This document shows positions 1 through 8,103 of a DNA stretch of 64,000 bases, piece after piece. Positions within the stretch are counted from its first letter, which is position 1. Every line of letters starts with the position of its first letter. The position numbers and the translations under genes were made by a program. The DNA is from Dehalococcoidia bacterium (lineage in GTDB: Bacteria > Chloroflexota > Dehalococcoidia > SM23-28-2 > HRBIN24). Below the pieces are notes generated by a model. That model was not told the DNA's origin, ran no database searches, and saw only the letters and a program-made list of their open reading frames with translations. The stretch spans positions 5 through 64,004 of the forward strand of contig DATLZD010000075.1 of NCBI GenBank assembly GCA_035574155.1, given 5' to 3'.

Positions 1-518
1 CGTAGCACGTCGGCGGCCGTCAGCAGCTCCTGGGCGGTGATGGCGATGCCTGTCCCGTGGGGGTGCTCGACGCCCGGCAGGGTGGACGTCTGGTCGGGGG
101 TCGTGCCGTGCTGGTGGGCCTCCGGTGCCACCGCCACCTGCTCCTGGTGCCCGTCCGGGGGGTGCTGGGCAGCGGCCTCGGCGTGCTGGTGGCCACCGGC
201 AGAGGCCCCCAGCAGTAGAGCGAGGCTGGCCGTACCGGCCACCGCGGCCAGAGCCCCTGCCAGGGCCAGGCGGGCCACCGGGCCGGGGCGGCCCTCTCGC
301 AGCCTACCCACCAGGAACAGGCAGAAGGCGGCCACCAGCAGGGCCAGGCCAGCAGCGAACAGGTGGTGGCCCGGGTTCTCGGGCGCCAGCACCGCCTCGT
401 GGGCCGTCGCCTCGGGCGACAGCCTGTGCAGGCGGAGGTCCCAGACGAGGCCCACTAGCATGGTCAGCAGGCCGGCGAGGCCCAACCAAGGGCTCCAGCG
501 CACCATCCTGTCCAGCAT
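1..518 (-). CDS. His-rich membrane protein, 3' end truncated by window edge (not in ORF track)
   Basis: Hand translation from ATG at 518 (AGGAGG RBS upstream): MLDRMVRWSPWLGLAGLLTMLVGLVWDLRLHRLSPEATAHEAVLAPENPGHHLFAAGL..., about 3 TM segments, then GHQH/HQH/HPH motifs; open to position 1. Confidence 0.75.
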   Translation of the reverse strand, partial: MLDRMVRWSPWLGLAGLLTMLVGLVWDLRLHRLSPEATAHEAVLAPENPGHHLFAAGLALLVAAFCLFLVGRLREGRPGPVARLALAGALAAVAGTASLALLLGASAGGHQHAEAAAQHPPDGHQEQVAVAPEAHQHGTTPDQTSTLPGVEHPHGTGIAITAQELLTAADVL

Positions 519-576
519 GGCTATCCCTCCTGCCCTCACTGCGAGGCTGGTCCATGCCTAACTGACCAGTGGCCCA

Positions 577-582
577 ATTATA
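577..582 (-). promoter_or_regulatory. -10 box (TATAAT) for the His-rich membrane gene
   Basis: ATTATA on + strand in an AT-rich patch about 60 nt upstream of the ATG. Confidence 0.5.
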
Positions 583-609
583 TACCGCCCGTTACAGGCT
601 GGGGCCCGA

Positions 610-644
610 TTCTCATCGAACTCTAATCCAGGCCAGCCTAAAAT
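610..644 (+). promoter_or_regulatory. OmpR-type direct repeat (TCTCAT-N5-TCTAAT) plus -10 TAAAAT
   Basis: Hexamers at 611-616 and 622-627 (11-bp period), where a -35 would sit; TAAAAT at 639-644. Confidence 0.45.
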
Positions 645-653
645 GAGGGCGCC

Positions 654-1325
654 ATGAGAGTGCTGGTGGTGGAGGACGAGCGTCGACTGGCCCAGGTGGT
701 GCGGCGCGTCCTGGAGGAGGAGGGCCACAACGTCGACCTGGCCTACGATGGCGAGGAGGCCCTCTCCCTAGCCGTAGATGGCAGCTACGATGTCATCGTC
801 CTGGACATCCTGCTGCCCAAGCTGGACGGGGTGGAGGTGTGCCGCAGCCTCCGCCGGGCCCGGGTGGACGTGCCCGTGCTGATGCTGACGGCCCTGGACT
901 CGGTGGAGGACCGGGTGCGGGGGCTGGACGCCGGTGCCGACGACTACCTGCCCAAGCCTTTTGCCTTCCAGGAGTTGCTGGCCCGGATCCGGGCCCTGGG
1001 ACGGCGCCGCGTGGACCCGCGGGAGCCGGACCGCCTGCAGGTGGCCGACCTGGTGCTGGACCTGCGCCGGCGGCGGGCGGAGCGTGGGGGCAAGGTCATC
1101 GAGCTGTCGCCGCGGGAGTTCGCCCTGCTGGAGTTCCTGATGCGCAACGCGGGGCGGGTGCTGACCCGCAGCCAGATCTTGGACCACGTCTGGGGCTACG
1201 ACTTCGCGCCCGACTCCAACCTGGTGGACGTCTACATCGCCTATTTGCGGCGTAAGGTGGACAAGGGCCACTCGCGGGCCCTCATCCACACCGTTCGTGG
1301 CCACGGCTACATGCTCTCGGAGTAA
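654..1325 (+). CDS. OmpR-family response regulator
   Basis: Receiver motifs VVEDE, VLD(P-site), LTA, KPF; winged-helix C-terminus (REFALLEFL...TVRGHGY). Confidence 0.95.
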   Translation: MRVLVVEDERRLAQVVRRVLEEEGHNVDLAYDGEEALSLAVDGSYDVIVLDILLPKLDGVEVCRSLRRARVDVPVLMLTALDSVEDRVRGLDAGADDYLPKPFAFQELLARIRALGRRRVDPREPDRLQVADLVLDLRRRRAERGGKVIELSPREFALLEFLMRNAGRVLTRSQILDHVWGYDFAPDSNLVDVYIAYLRRKVDKGHSRALIHTVRGHGYMLSE

Positions 1326-1346
1326 TATGGGGCCGGAGGGGGTGCC

Positions 1347-2645
1347 GTGTTCTCCTCTGCCCGCCTGCGCCTCACCCTCTGGTTTGCCGGCGTGCTGGCC
1401 CTAGTGCTGGTAGCCATGGGCAGCGCCGTCTACCTGTCCACCCGGCAGTCGCTCCTGAGCAGCCTGGACGCTGACCTCCGTTCGCGGGCCAGCAAGGAGG
1501 TCGTCTCCTTGGTGGCCCGACTTTCGGAGGCGTCGCGGCGGCAGCTCCCGCTGGACCAGGTGCGGGTGGGCCCTGAGCGGCCTTCAGCCCCCTACTTCTA
1601 CGCCCTGCTCCGTGCCGATGGCCAGGTGCTATCGGCCAGCGCCAACACCGACCCCGCTGCCCTGCCCCCTGCCGAGGCCACCCGCGAGGCGGTCAACGGC
1701 GACCCCATCTTCGTCAATACCCGTGACCAGCAGGGCGAGGACATGCGCGTCTACCTGCTGCCCCTCAGCGGGCCGCGGGGGGGCTACGTGCTGGCGGTGG
1801 GCCGCAGCCGCGAGCCGGAGATGGACGCCCTCCGCCGGCTGCTGCTGGTGCTGGTGGGGGGCGGGGCCGCCGGGCTGGCGATGGCGTCGGTGGGCGGCTA
1901 CTTCCTGGCCGGGCTGGCGCTACGTCCCATCCGCCAGGCCCTCGAGCGCCAGCGGTCCTTCGTGGCCGACGCCTCCCACGAGCTACGCACGCCCCTGGCC
2001 CTCATCCGGGCCAGCGCCGAGCTGTTGCGGCGCCACCCCGAGGAGCCCATCGCCGCCCACCGGCAGGCCGTCGACGACATCGTGGCCGAGAGCGAGCGCT
2101 TGGGCCGGTTGGTGGGCCAGCTGCTGGTGCTGGCCCGGGCCGACTCCGGGCGCCTCTCCCTGAACCTGGAGAGGGTGGACCTGGCGGCTGTGGCCCGCGA
2201 TGTGGTGAGGCAGTTGGGCCAGCAGGCCAGCGACAGGGGCCTGGAGCTGGCCTGTCAGGCCGACGGCCCCGTCCGCGTCCGCGGCGACGAGGCCCGGTTG
2301 CGGGAGGTCCTCCTGATCCTCCTGGACAATGCCCTCAAGTTCACCGACGCCGGGGGCCGGGTGACGGTGCAGGTGGCCGAGGCTGCCGGCCGGGCCAGGC
2401 TGTCGGTCTCCGATACGGGCATCGGCATACCCCCCGAGCACCAGTCGCGCATCTTCGACCGGTTCTACCGGGTGGACAGGGCCCGCAGCCAGGACGGTGG
2501 CGCCGGCCTGGGTTTGGCCATCGCCAAGAGCATAGTGGAGGCCCACGAGGGACGCATCTGGGTCGAGAGCGAGCCGGGAAAGGGCAGCACCTTCCACGTG
2601 GAGCTGCCCCGCTCCGGGCCCCGTCGACGCCGCGAGGCCAGTTGA
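1347..2645 (+). CDS. Membrane sensor histidine kinase
   Basis: Two TM segments, H-box FVADASHELRTPL, N-box LLDNALKFT, G1 DTGIGI, G2 GAGLGLAI. Confidence 0.95.
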   Translation: MFSSARLRLTLWFAGVLALVLVAMGSAVYLSTRQSLLSSLDADLRSRASKEVVSLVARLSEASRRQLPLDQVRVGPERPSAPYFYALLRADGQVLSASANTDPAALPPAEATREAVNGDPIFVNTRDQQGEDMRVYLLPLSGPRGGYVLAVGRSREPEMDALRRLLLVLVGGGAAGLAMASVGGYFLAGLALRPIRQALERQRSFVADASHELRTPLALIRASAELLRRHPEEPIAAHRQAVDDIVAESERLGRLVGQLLVLARADSGRLSLNLERVDLAAVARDVVRQLGQQASDRGLELACQADGPVRVRGDEARLREVLLILLDNALKFTDAGGRVTVQVAEAAGRARLSVSDTGIGIPPEHQSRIFDRFYRVDRARSQDGGAGLGLAIAKSIVEAHEGRIWVESEPGKGSTFHVELPRSGPRRRREAS

Positions 2646-2669
2646 CAGGGGGAGCGGAAGGTGTAACTT
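2642..2669 (+). promoter_or_regulatory. Possible sigma70 promoter for tRNA-Leu/Gly
   Basis: TTGACA (overlaps HK stop) N16 TAACTT. Confidence 0.4.
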
Positions 2670-2686
2670 AGGATATGGCCGCCCGT

Positions 2687-2774
2687 GCCGAGGTGGCGGA
2701 AGATGGCAGACGCGCCGCCTTGAGGGGGCGGTGCCCGCAAGGGCGTGCGGGTTCAAATCCCGCCCTCGGCACCA
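2687..2774 (+). tRNA. tRNA-Leu(GAG)
   Basis: GCCGAGG/CCTCGGC acceptor stem, anticodon arm CCGCC-TTGAGGG-GGCGG, long variable arm, GTTCAAATCC, encoded CCA. Confidence 0.95.
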
Positions 2775-2784
2775 AGGCCTCGGA

Positions 2785-2859
2785 GCGGAAGTAGCGCAGC
2801 GGTAGCGCGCCTCCTTGCCAAGGAGGAGGTCGCGGGTTCGAATCCCGTCTTCCGCTCCA
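2785..2859 (+). tRNA. tRNA-Gly(GCC)
   Basis: GCGGAAG/CTTCCGC stem, CCTCC-TTGCCAA-GGAGG, GTTCGAATCC, CCA. Confidence 0.96.
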
Positions 2860-2949
2860 AATTCGTTTTGTCCCCACCTGGCAGGCCCTCAGGCAGCGGG
2901 CTATAATGCTGGTGGGCGGGCCGTAAGCCCCAGACCGCGGCATAGACGG

Positions 2950-3024
2950 GGCGACGTAGCCAAGGGGTTAAGGCAGGGGACTGCAAATCCCCGATCGCGG
3001 GTTCGAATCCCGCCGTCGCCTCCA
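2950..3024 (+). tRNA. tRNA-Cys(GCA)
   Basis: GGCGACG/CGTCGCC stem, GGGGA-CTGCAAA-TCCCC, U discriminator, CCA; TATAAT upstream at 2902-2907. Confidence 0.96.
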
Positions 3025-3036
3025 GCCCCTCAGCAC

Positions 3037-3187
3037 CCCTGTCCGTGAAACAGGGACGGCGACGTCCGCTGATGACCTTGGCTCGGTGAGGCTGACCACC
3101 ACGCGGCAGGGGGCCTGGTCGCTGGCCACCTTCGGTTCTTCTGGGAGGGGCCGAGACTCACCCCCAGCGCTCCCCCTTCGCCAGGAC
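3037..3187. ncRNA. Candidate structured RNA (rod-like fold), family unassigned
   Basis: Nested complementary segments found by eye: GGCGA 3058/TCGCC 3178, CGCTG 3067/CAGCG 3165, CTCGG 3082/CCGAG 3151, inner ACCA/TGGT. Confidence 0.3.
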
Positions 3188-3200
3188 GGCCCGGCAGCCC

Positions 3201-3229
3201 TTGACAGGGACGGCCGAGGGTGGTAGGCT
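3201..3229 (+). promoter_or_regulatory. sigma70 promoter of nadA
   Basis: TTGACA-N17-TAGGCT with extended -10 TG. Confidence 0.7.
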
Positions 3230-3242
3230 GGCGTCACAAGAA

Positions 3243-3259
3243 AGTGTCAGAATGACACT
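3243..3259. promoter_or_regulatory. Operator palindrome, NrtR-like (GT-N7-AC core)
   Basis: Perfect AGTGTCA-GAA-TGACACT between the nadA promoter and RBS. Confidence 0.65.
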
Positions 3260-3278
3260 AACTCGAAAGGGGAAGGCG

Positions 3279-4496
3279 ATGGCGACGCAGGCGCGGCCCC
3301 TGACCTTCATCAGCGAAGAGGACCTGCTCAACGAGGCCATGGAGTGCCCGGTGGACCGGGAGCTGGACACCCGCCCCCTGGCCCAGGAGCGGGCCTTCGC
3401 CTTTTGGCAGAAGGACATCCCCGAGGACTACTGGCACCTGACGGCCCCCGAGCTGAAGGAGCGCATCGAACGGGCGAGGGAGGCCTTGGGTCGCCGCTGC
3501 GTCGTCCTCGGCCACCACTACCAGCGGGAGGACATCATCCAGTTCGCCGACATACGCGGCGACTCCTTCAAGCTGGCCCAGTGGGCCGCCCAGCAGCCTG
3601 AGGCCGAGTTCATCGTCTTCTGCGGCGTCCACTTCATGGCCGAGGCAGCCGACATCCTCTCCCAGCCCCACCAGAAAGTGGTGTTGCCCAACATGGCCGC
3701 CGGCTGCTCCATGGCCGACATGGCCGACCCTGAGGACGTATACGCCTGCTGGGACGAGCTGCGAGAGGCGGGGATCGGGGACGTCCTGCCCGTCACCTAC
3801 ATGAACTCGGCCGCCAGCCTCAAGGCCTTCTGCGGGCGTCACGGAGGCATCGTGTGCACCTCGTCCAACGCCAAGCGGGTGTTCGAGTGGGCCTTCCAGC
3901 GGGCCGAGAAGGTCCTCTTCTTCCCCGACCAGCACCTGGGGCGCAACACCGGCCTCAAGCTGGGCATCCCCCTGGAGGAGATGGTCGTATGGGACTACAC
4001 GCTGCCCTACGGCAGCCTGGGGGGCAATAGCCTCGAGCAGCTCCGCCGGGCCAAGGTCATCCTCTGGCGGGGGCACTGCTCGGTCCACATGCGCTTCACG
4101 GTGCAGCAGATCCAGGAGGCGCGCCGCAAGCACCCCGATATCAAGGTCATCGTCCACCCCGAGTGCCGCATGGAGGTGGTGCAGGCGGCCGACATGGACG
4201 GCTCCACCGAGTTCATCGCCAGGACCATCGCCGAGGCGCCGCCAGGCAGCAAGTGGGCTGTCGGCACCGAGATCAACCTGGTGTCGCGCCTGGCCCGCGA
4301 GAACCCCGACAAGCTGGTCTTCTGCCTCGACCCGGTGGTGTGCCCCTGCTCCACCATGTACCGCATCCACCCTGCCTACCTGTGCTGGGTCCTGGAGGAG
4401 CTGGCCAGGGGCCGCCTGGTCAACCAGGTGAAGGTGGACGAGGAAACGGCCCACTACGCTCGCGTGGCCCTGGAGCGCATGCTGGCCGTGCCCTGA
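3279..4496 (+). CDS. nadA: Quinolinate synthase A (B. subtilis-type)
   Basis: LGHHYQ, FCGVHFMAE, AGCSMADM, GHCSVH, VHPEC, CPCSTM motifs; ATG 3279 follows GGAAGG RBS (the track's TTG at 3201 is the -35 box). Confidence 0.95.
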   Translation: MATQARPLTFISEEDLLNEAMECPVDRELDTRPLAQERAFAFWQKDIPEDYWHLTAPELKERIERAREALGRRCVVLGHHYQREDIIQFADIRGDSFKLAQWAAQQPEAEFIVFCGVHFMAEAADILSQPHQKVVLPNMAAGCSMADMADPEDVYACWDELREAGIGDVLPVTYMNSAASLKAFCGRHGGIVCTSSNAKRVFEWAFQRAEKVLFFPDQHLGRNTGLKLGIPLEEMVVWDYTLPYGSLGGNSLEQLRRAKVILWRGHCSVHMRFTVQQIQEARRKHPDIKVIVHPECRMEVVQAADMDGSTEFIARTIAEAPPGSKWAVGTEINLVSRLARENPDKLVFCLDPVVCPCSTMYRIHPAYLCWVLEELARGRLVNQVKVDEETAHYARVALERMLAVP

Positions 4497-4546
4497 TGTT
4501 GGCAGCCCCTCCCGTGCCGTAAAATGGGACGGGAGGTCCGGACCCC

Positions 4547-5080
4547 TTGGCCAGACGTTCCGCCCTTAAGCGCCTCATCGGCCGGGCCCAGCTGCGTCGT
4601 CGGGTGGCGGAACTGGCCCAGGAGATAGCCCGCGACTACCGTGACCGGCAGCCGGTGCTGGTGGGCACCCTCAAGGGGAGCTTCGTCTTCTTGGCCGACC
4701 TGGCCCGCAGGCTGCCCCTGCCGGTGGAGATAGACTTCATCGGCGCGGCCAGCTACGGCCAGGGACGGGAGAGCAGCGGCCAGGTCCACGTCTACCTCAC
4801 CCCCCGCTGCCACCTGCAGGGTCGTCACGTCATCCTGGTGGAGGACATCGTGGACACGGGGCTGACCCTGGCGGAGCTGCGCCGCTATCTGGAGGGGCAG
4901 GGACCGGCCAGCGTCCGCGTCTGTGCCCTGCTCATGAAGCGACGTGCCCACGAGGCGGGGGTCACGGTGGACTACCTGGGCTTCCTGGTGCCCGACGACT
5001 TCCTGGTGGGCTACGGCCTCGACTGCTCGGAGCGTTACCGCAACCTGCCCGACGTCTACGTCCTGGACGGGGAGGGATAG
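4547..5080 (+). CDS. hpt: Hypoxanthine phosphoribosyltransferase
   Basis: GTLKGS, PRPP loop VEDIVDTGLTL, FLVGYGLD; TTG start with GGGAGG RBS and TAAAAT at 4520. Confidence 0.9.
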   Translation: MARRSALKRLIGRAQLRRRVAELAQEIARDYRDRQPVLVGTLKGSFVFLADLARRLPLPVEIDFIGAASYGQGRESSGQVHVYLTPRCHLQGRHVILVEDIVDTGLTLAELRRYLEGQGPASVRVCALLMKRRAHEAGVTVDYLGFLVPDDFLVGYGLDCSERYRNLPDVYVLDGEG

Positions 5081-5082
5081 GT

Positions 5083-6822
5083 ATGGCCCGACCGCAGCCA
5101 CCCCTGCACCTGGAGCGGGTCATCGCTGCTGCCCGCGGCGACGAGCCGGGCGACCTGCTGCTGAAGAACGCCCGCATCGTCAACGTCTTCACCGCCGAGA
5201 TCGAGGAGGGGGACGTGCTGGTGAAGGACGGCTACATCGCCGGCATCGGCCCCGACTACCAAGCGCAGGTGGTGGCCGACCTCCGGGGCGCCTACCTGCT
5301 GCCCGGCTTCATCGACGGCCATGTGCACCTGGAGAGCAGCTACCTGTATGTGGACCAGTATGCCCGGGCGGTGGTGCCCAGGGGGACTACCAGCGTGGTG
5401 ACGGACCTGCACGAGCTGGCCAACGTGGCCGGCCTGCGGGGTCTCCGCCGCTACCTGCGGGACGCCCGCCGCCTGCCCCTGGACGTCTTCCTGATGGTGC
5501 CCTCCTGCGTGCCCGCCACCTTCGACCTGGAGACCTCCGGCGCCACCCTGGGCCCCAGGGAGATAAGGGCGGCCCTGCGCTGGCCCGAGGCCATCGGCCT
5601 GGGGGAGATGATGAACTTCCCAGGCGTCATCCAGGGCCACCACGCCTGCCTGGACAAGCTGGCTGCTGCCTGGGGCCACCCCCTGGACGGCCACGCGCCG
5701 AAGGTGGGCGGCAAGGCCCTCAACGCCTACCTGGCCGCCGGCCCCCGCTCTGACCACGAGACCACCCAACGGGGCGAGGGGCTGGAGAAGCTCCGGCGGG
5801 GCATGTTCCTCATGATCCGGGAGGGCACCACCGAGAAGAACCTGGAGGAGCTGCTGCCCCTGGTCACCGACGACACCTACCCCCGCTGCCTGCTGGTGGT
5901 AGACGACCGGTCCTGCCGCGACCTGCTACACGACGGCGACATGGACGCGGTGGTCCGCAAGGCCGTCCGCCTGGGGCTGCGGCCGCTGCGGGCCATCCAG
6001 ATGGCCACCCTGCACCCGGCCCTCTGGTTCGGGCTGCGCGACCGTGGCGCCGTGGCGCCCGGGTACGTGGCCAACCTCATCGTGGCCGACGACCTCCACG
6101 ACCTGCGTCCTCGTCAGGTCTATTACCGTGGCCAGCTGGTGGCCCAGGACGGCCGCCCCCTCTTCCAGGGGGTGCGGCGCATCCCCCGCTGGCTCCTGAG
6201 CACGGTGCGCCCAGTGCCCCTCAGCACCGAGGCCTTCCGGGTGCGGGCGCGGCCTGGCCCCCTGCCCGTCATCGAGATCGTGCCCCGCCAGATCATCACG
6301 CGGCGGGTGGAGGCGGAGCTGCCGCGACAGGACGGCTACGTGCTCCCCGACCCGGGGCAGGACATCATGAAGCTAGCGGTGGTGGAGCGGCACAGGGGCA
6401 CCGGCAACGTGGGGGTGGGCTTCGTGAAGGGGTTTGGCCTCAAGAGGGGGGCCATCGCCTCCTCCTTCGCCCACGATTCCCACAACATCGTCATCGTCGG
6501 CGCCGACGACGCCGACATGCTGCTGGCCTGCCAGGAGATATGGCGCATGCAGGGCGGTCTGACGGCCGTGTGCGACGGCCGGGTATTGGCCTCGCTGCCC
6601 CTGCCCATCGCCGGCCTCATGTCGCCGCGGCCTCTGGAGGAGGTGGTGGAGGGGCTGGAGCGGGTGGAGGCGGCGGCGCAGGAGCTGGGCGCCACCGTCC
6701 ATGCGCCCTACGCCGTCCTCTCTTTCCTGGCGCTGCCCGTCATCCCCGACCTGAGGGTCACCGACCGCGGCCTGGTGGACGTGATGGCCGCCCGCGTCCT
6801 GGACCTGACCCAGGTGGCGTAA
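5083..6822 (+). CDS. ade: Adenine deaminase
   Basis: DGHVHLESS, GEMMN, DGHAP, DHE, AHDSHNI motifs. Confidence 0.93.
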   Translation: MARPQPPLHLERVIAAARGDEPGDLLLKNARIVNVFTAEIEEGDVLVKDGYIAGIGPDYQAQVVADLRGAYLLPGFIDGHVHLESSYLYVDQYARAVVPRGTTSVVTDLHELANVAGLRGLRRYLRDARRLPLDVFLMVPSCVPATFDLETSGATLGPREIRAALRWPEAIGLGEMMNFPGVIQGHHACLDKLAAAWGHPLDGHAPKVGGKALNAYLAAGPRSDHETTQRGEGLEKLRRGMFLMIREGTTEKNLEELLPLVTDDTYPRCLLVVDDRSCRDLLHDGDMDAVVRKAVRLGLRPLRAIQMATLHPALWFGLRDRGAVAPGYVANLIVADDLHDLRPRQVYYRGQLVAQDGRPLFQGVRRIPRWLLSTVRPVPLSTEAFRVRARPGPLPVIEIVPRQIITRRVEAELPRQDGYVLPDPGQDIMKLAVVERHRGTGNVGVGFVKGFGLKRGAIASSFAHDSHNIVIVGADDADMLLACQEIWRMQGGLTAVCDGRVLASLPLPIAGLMSPRPLEEVVEGLERVEAAAQELGATVHAPYAVLSFLALPVIPDLRVTDRGLVDVMAARVLDLTQVA

Positions 6823-6830
6823 GGAACAGC

Positions 6831-7241
6831 ATGGGGCCCATCCCCCACCGGTGGCTTCGACAGGCCCGGGCTGACCTGGCGGCGGCGAGGGACTCGCTGG
6901 CCGCGGGCCACCACGAGTGGGCCTGCTTCCAGGCCCAGCAGGCTGCCGAGAAGGCCCTGAAGGCGCTGCTGCTGCAGCAGGGCCGCACAACGGTGGTCAC
7001 CCACTCGCTGGTGGACCTGGTCCAGGAGGCGGCCCGCTACCACCCATCGCTGGCCGGTCTTATGGAGGAGGCCAAAGTCCTGGACGCCTTCTACCTGCCG
7101 ACGCGCTATCCCAACGCCCTGGTCAGCGAGAAGGCACCGACGGAGTACTACAGTCGGGAGGACGCGGAGCGGTGTCTGTCCTGCGCCGAATCGATCCTGA
7201 GCGCCGCGACGAGCTGCTTCGAGAGCTACGGCAGTTCCTAG
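6831..7241 (+). CDS. HEPN domain protein
   Basis: From ATG 6831: A..DL..A...., ACFQAQQAAEKALKA, THSL, YLPTRYP. Confidence 0.88.
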   Translation: MGPIPHRWLRQARADLAAARDSLAAGHHEWACFQAQQAAEKALKALLLQQGRTTVVTHSLVDLVQEAARYHPSLAGLMEEAKVLDAFYLPTRYPNALVSEKAPTEYYSREDAERCLSCAESILSAATSCFESYGSS

Positions 7242-7513
7242 AGGAGCTGCGGACAGAGCTGCCCGTGGAGGCCGTTTACCTGTTCGGCTCTTTTGCCCGT
7301 GGGCGAGTGCACGAGGGTAGTGACATTGACCTTCTCATTATCGGCCACTTTCATGAACGCTTTCCCGAGCGCACCCTGAGGGTGCTCAGGCTCAACCGTC
7401 GCAACTTGCCTATTTCTCCCTTCTGCTACACCCCCCAAGAGATAGAGCGCGGCAAGGCGGAGGGTAACCCGTTCATTCTGGCTGCGCTGGCCGAGGGGCG
7501 GCGTCTCGTCTAG
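7172..7513 (+). CDS. Minimal nucleotidyltransferase (MNT)
   Basis: LFGSFARG-x4-GSDIDL motif; GTG start at 7172 with GGAGG RBS, overlapping the HEPN 3' end. Confidence 0.88.
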   Translation: MSVLRRIDPERRDELLRELRQFLEELRTELPVEAVYLFGSFARGRVHEGSDIDLLIIGHFHERFPERTLRVLRLNRRNLPISPFCYTPQEIERGKAEGNPFILAALAEGRRLV

Positions 7514-7555
7514 CTGTGGCCGGTTGGCCCCCCTAAAATCGAACTGGAAGCCCCG

Positions 7556-8059
7556 ATGCGCTGGGACGACATTCGCCCCGTGGAGCTGCCCCCGTCGGTG
7601 CCGGGGCAGCTCTTTCTGATGGCCATGCCCGGCCGTCAGCGCCCGCTCCAGCTCGACGTGGAGAGGGCCCTGGCGCTGGGAGTTACTGGCATCGTCAGCC
7701 TGGCCCCGCCCGACGAGGTGGCCGACAAGTCCCCCGAATACGCCGAGGCCATCGCCGCTGGCCGCCTACCCTTCCCGGTGGAGAGCTGCCCCATCGACAA
7801 CGGGGGCGTGCCCCGGGACCCGGAGGCGTTCCGTCGCTTCCTGCAGCGCACGGCCCAGAGGCTGCGACAGGGCGAGAGGCTGCTGCTGCACTGCGCCGCC
7901 GGGGTAGGGCGGACGGGCACTGCCGCCGTGGGGGTGCTGCTGGCCCTGGGAGTGGGGCTGGACGAGGCGCTGGACCTGGTGCGGCGGGCCGGGTCCTACC
8001 CTGAGACAGCCGAGCAGCACCAGCTGGTCCGCTGGCTGGCCGAGAGCGGCCTCGGCTGA
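7556..8059 (+). CDS. Dual-specificity/tyrosine-phosphatase-fold protein
   Basis: P-loop LHCAAGVGRTG; C-terminal PETAEQ. Confidence 0.85.
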   Translation: MRWDDIRPVELPPSVPGQLFLMAMPGRQRPLQLDVERALALGVTGIVSLAPPDEVADKSPEYAEAIAAGRLPFPVESCPIDNGGVPRDPEAFRRFLQRTAQRLRQGERLLLHCAAGVGRTGTAAVGVLLALGVGLDEALDLVRRAGSYPETAEQHQLVRWLAESGLG

Positions 8060-8103
8060 CCTCCCCTCTCCCTACGTGCTACTATCGCCTCGGGGGGAAT
8101 GCT

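Noticed and set aside
37-565. Plus-strand ORFs 37-561 and 125-565
   Set aside because: Antisense to the minus-strand membrane-protein gene, which has the RBS, promoter and sensible hydrophobic pattern
2687-3024. tRNA clusters (also 26609 and 32249-32406) as possible integration sites
   Set aside because: No integrase, no duplicated tRNA 3' ends and no phage or ICE genes adjacent
3045-3080. GAAA...CTGATGA resembling a hammerhead core, and GGCGA...GCTGATGAC resembling a fluoride riboswitch
   Set aside because: Hammerhead stems I and III cannot form (2 bp or less); the fluoride GGCGATGG/pseudoknot spacing is absent and the site is upstream of the nadA promoter
3201-3278. N-terminal extension of NadA given by the ORF track
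   Set aside because: Its TTG is the -35 hexamer and the extension spans the promoter and operator; ATG 3279 has the RBS
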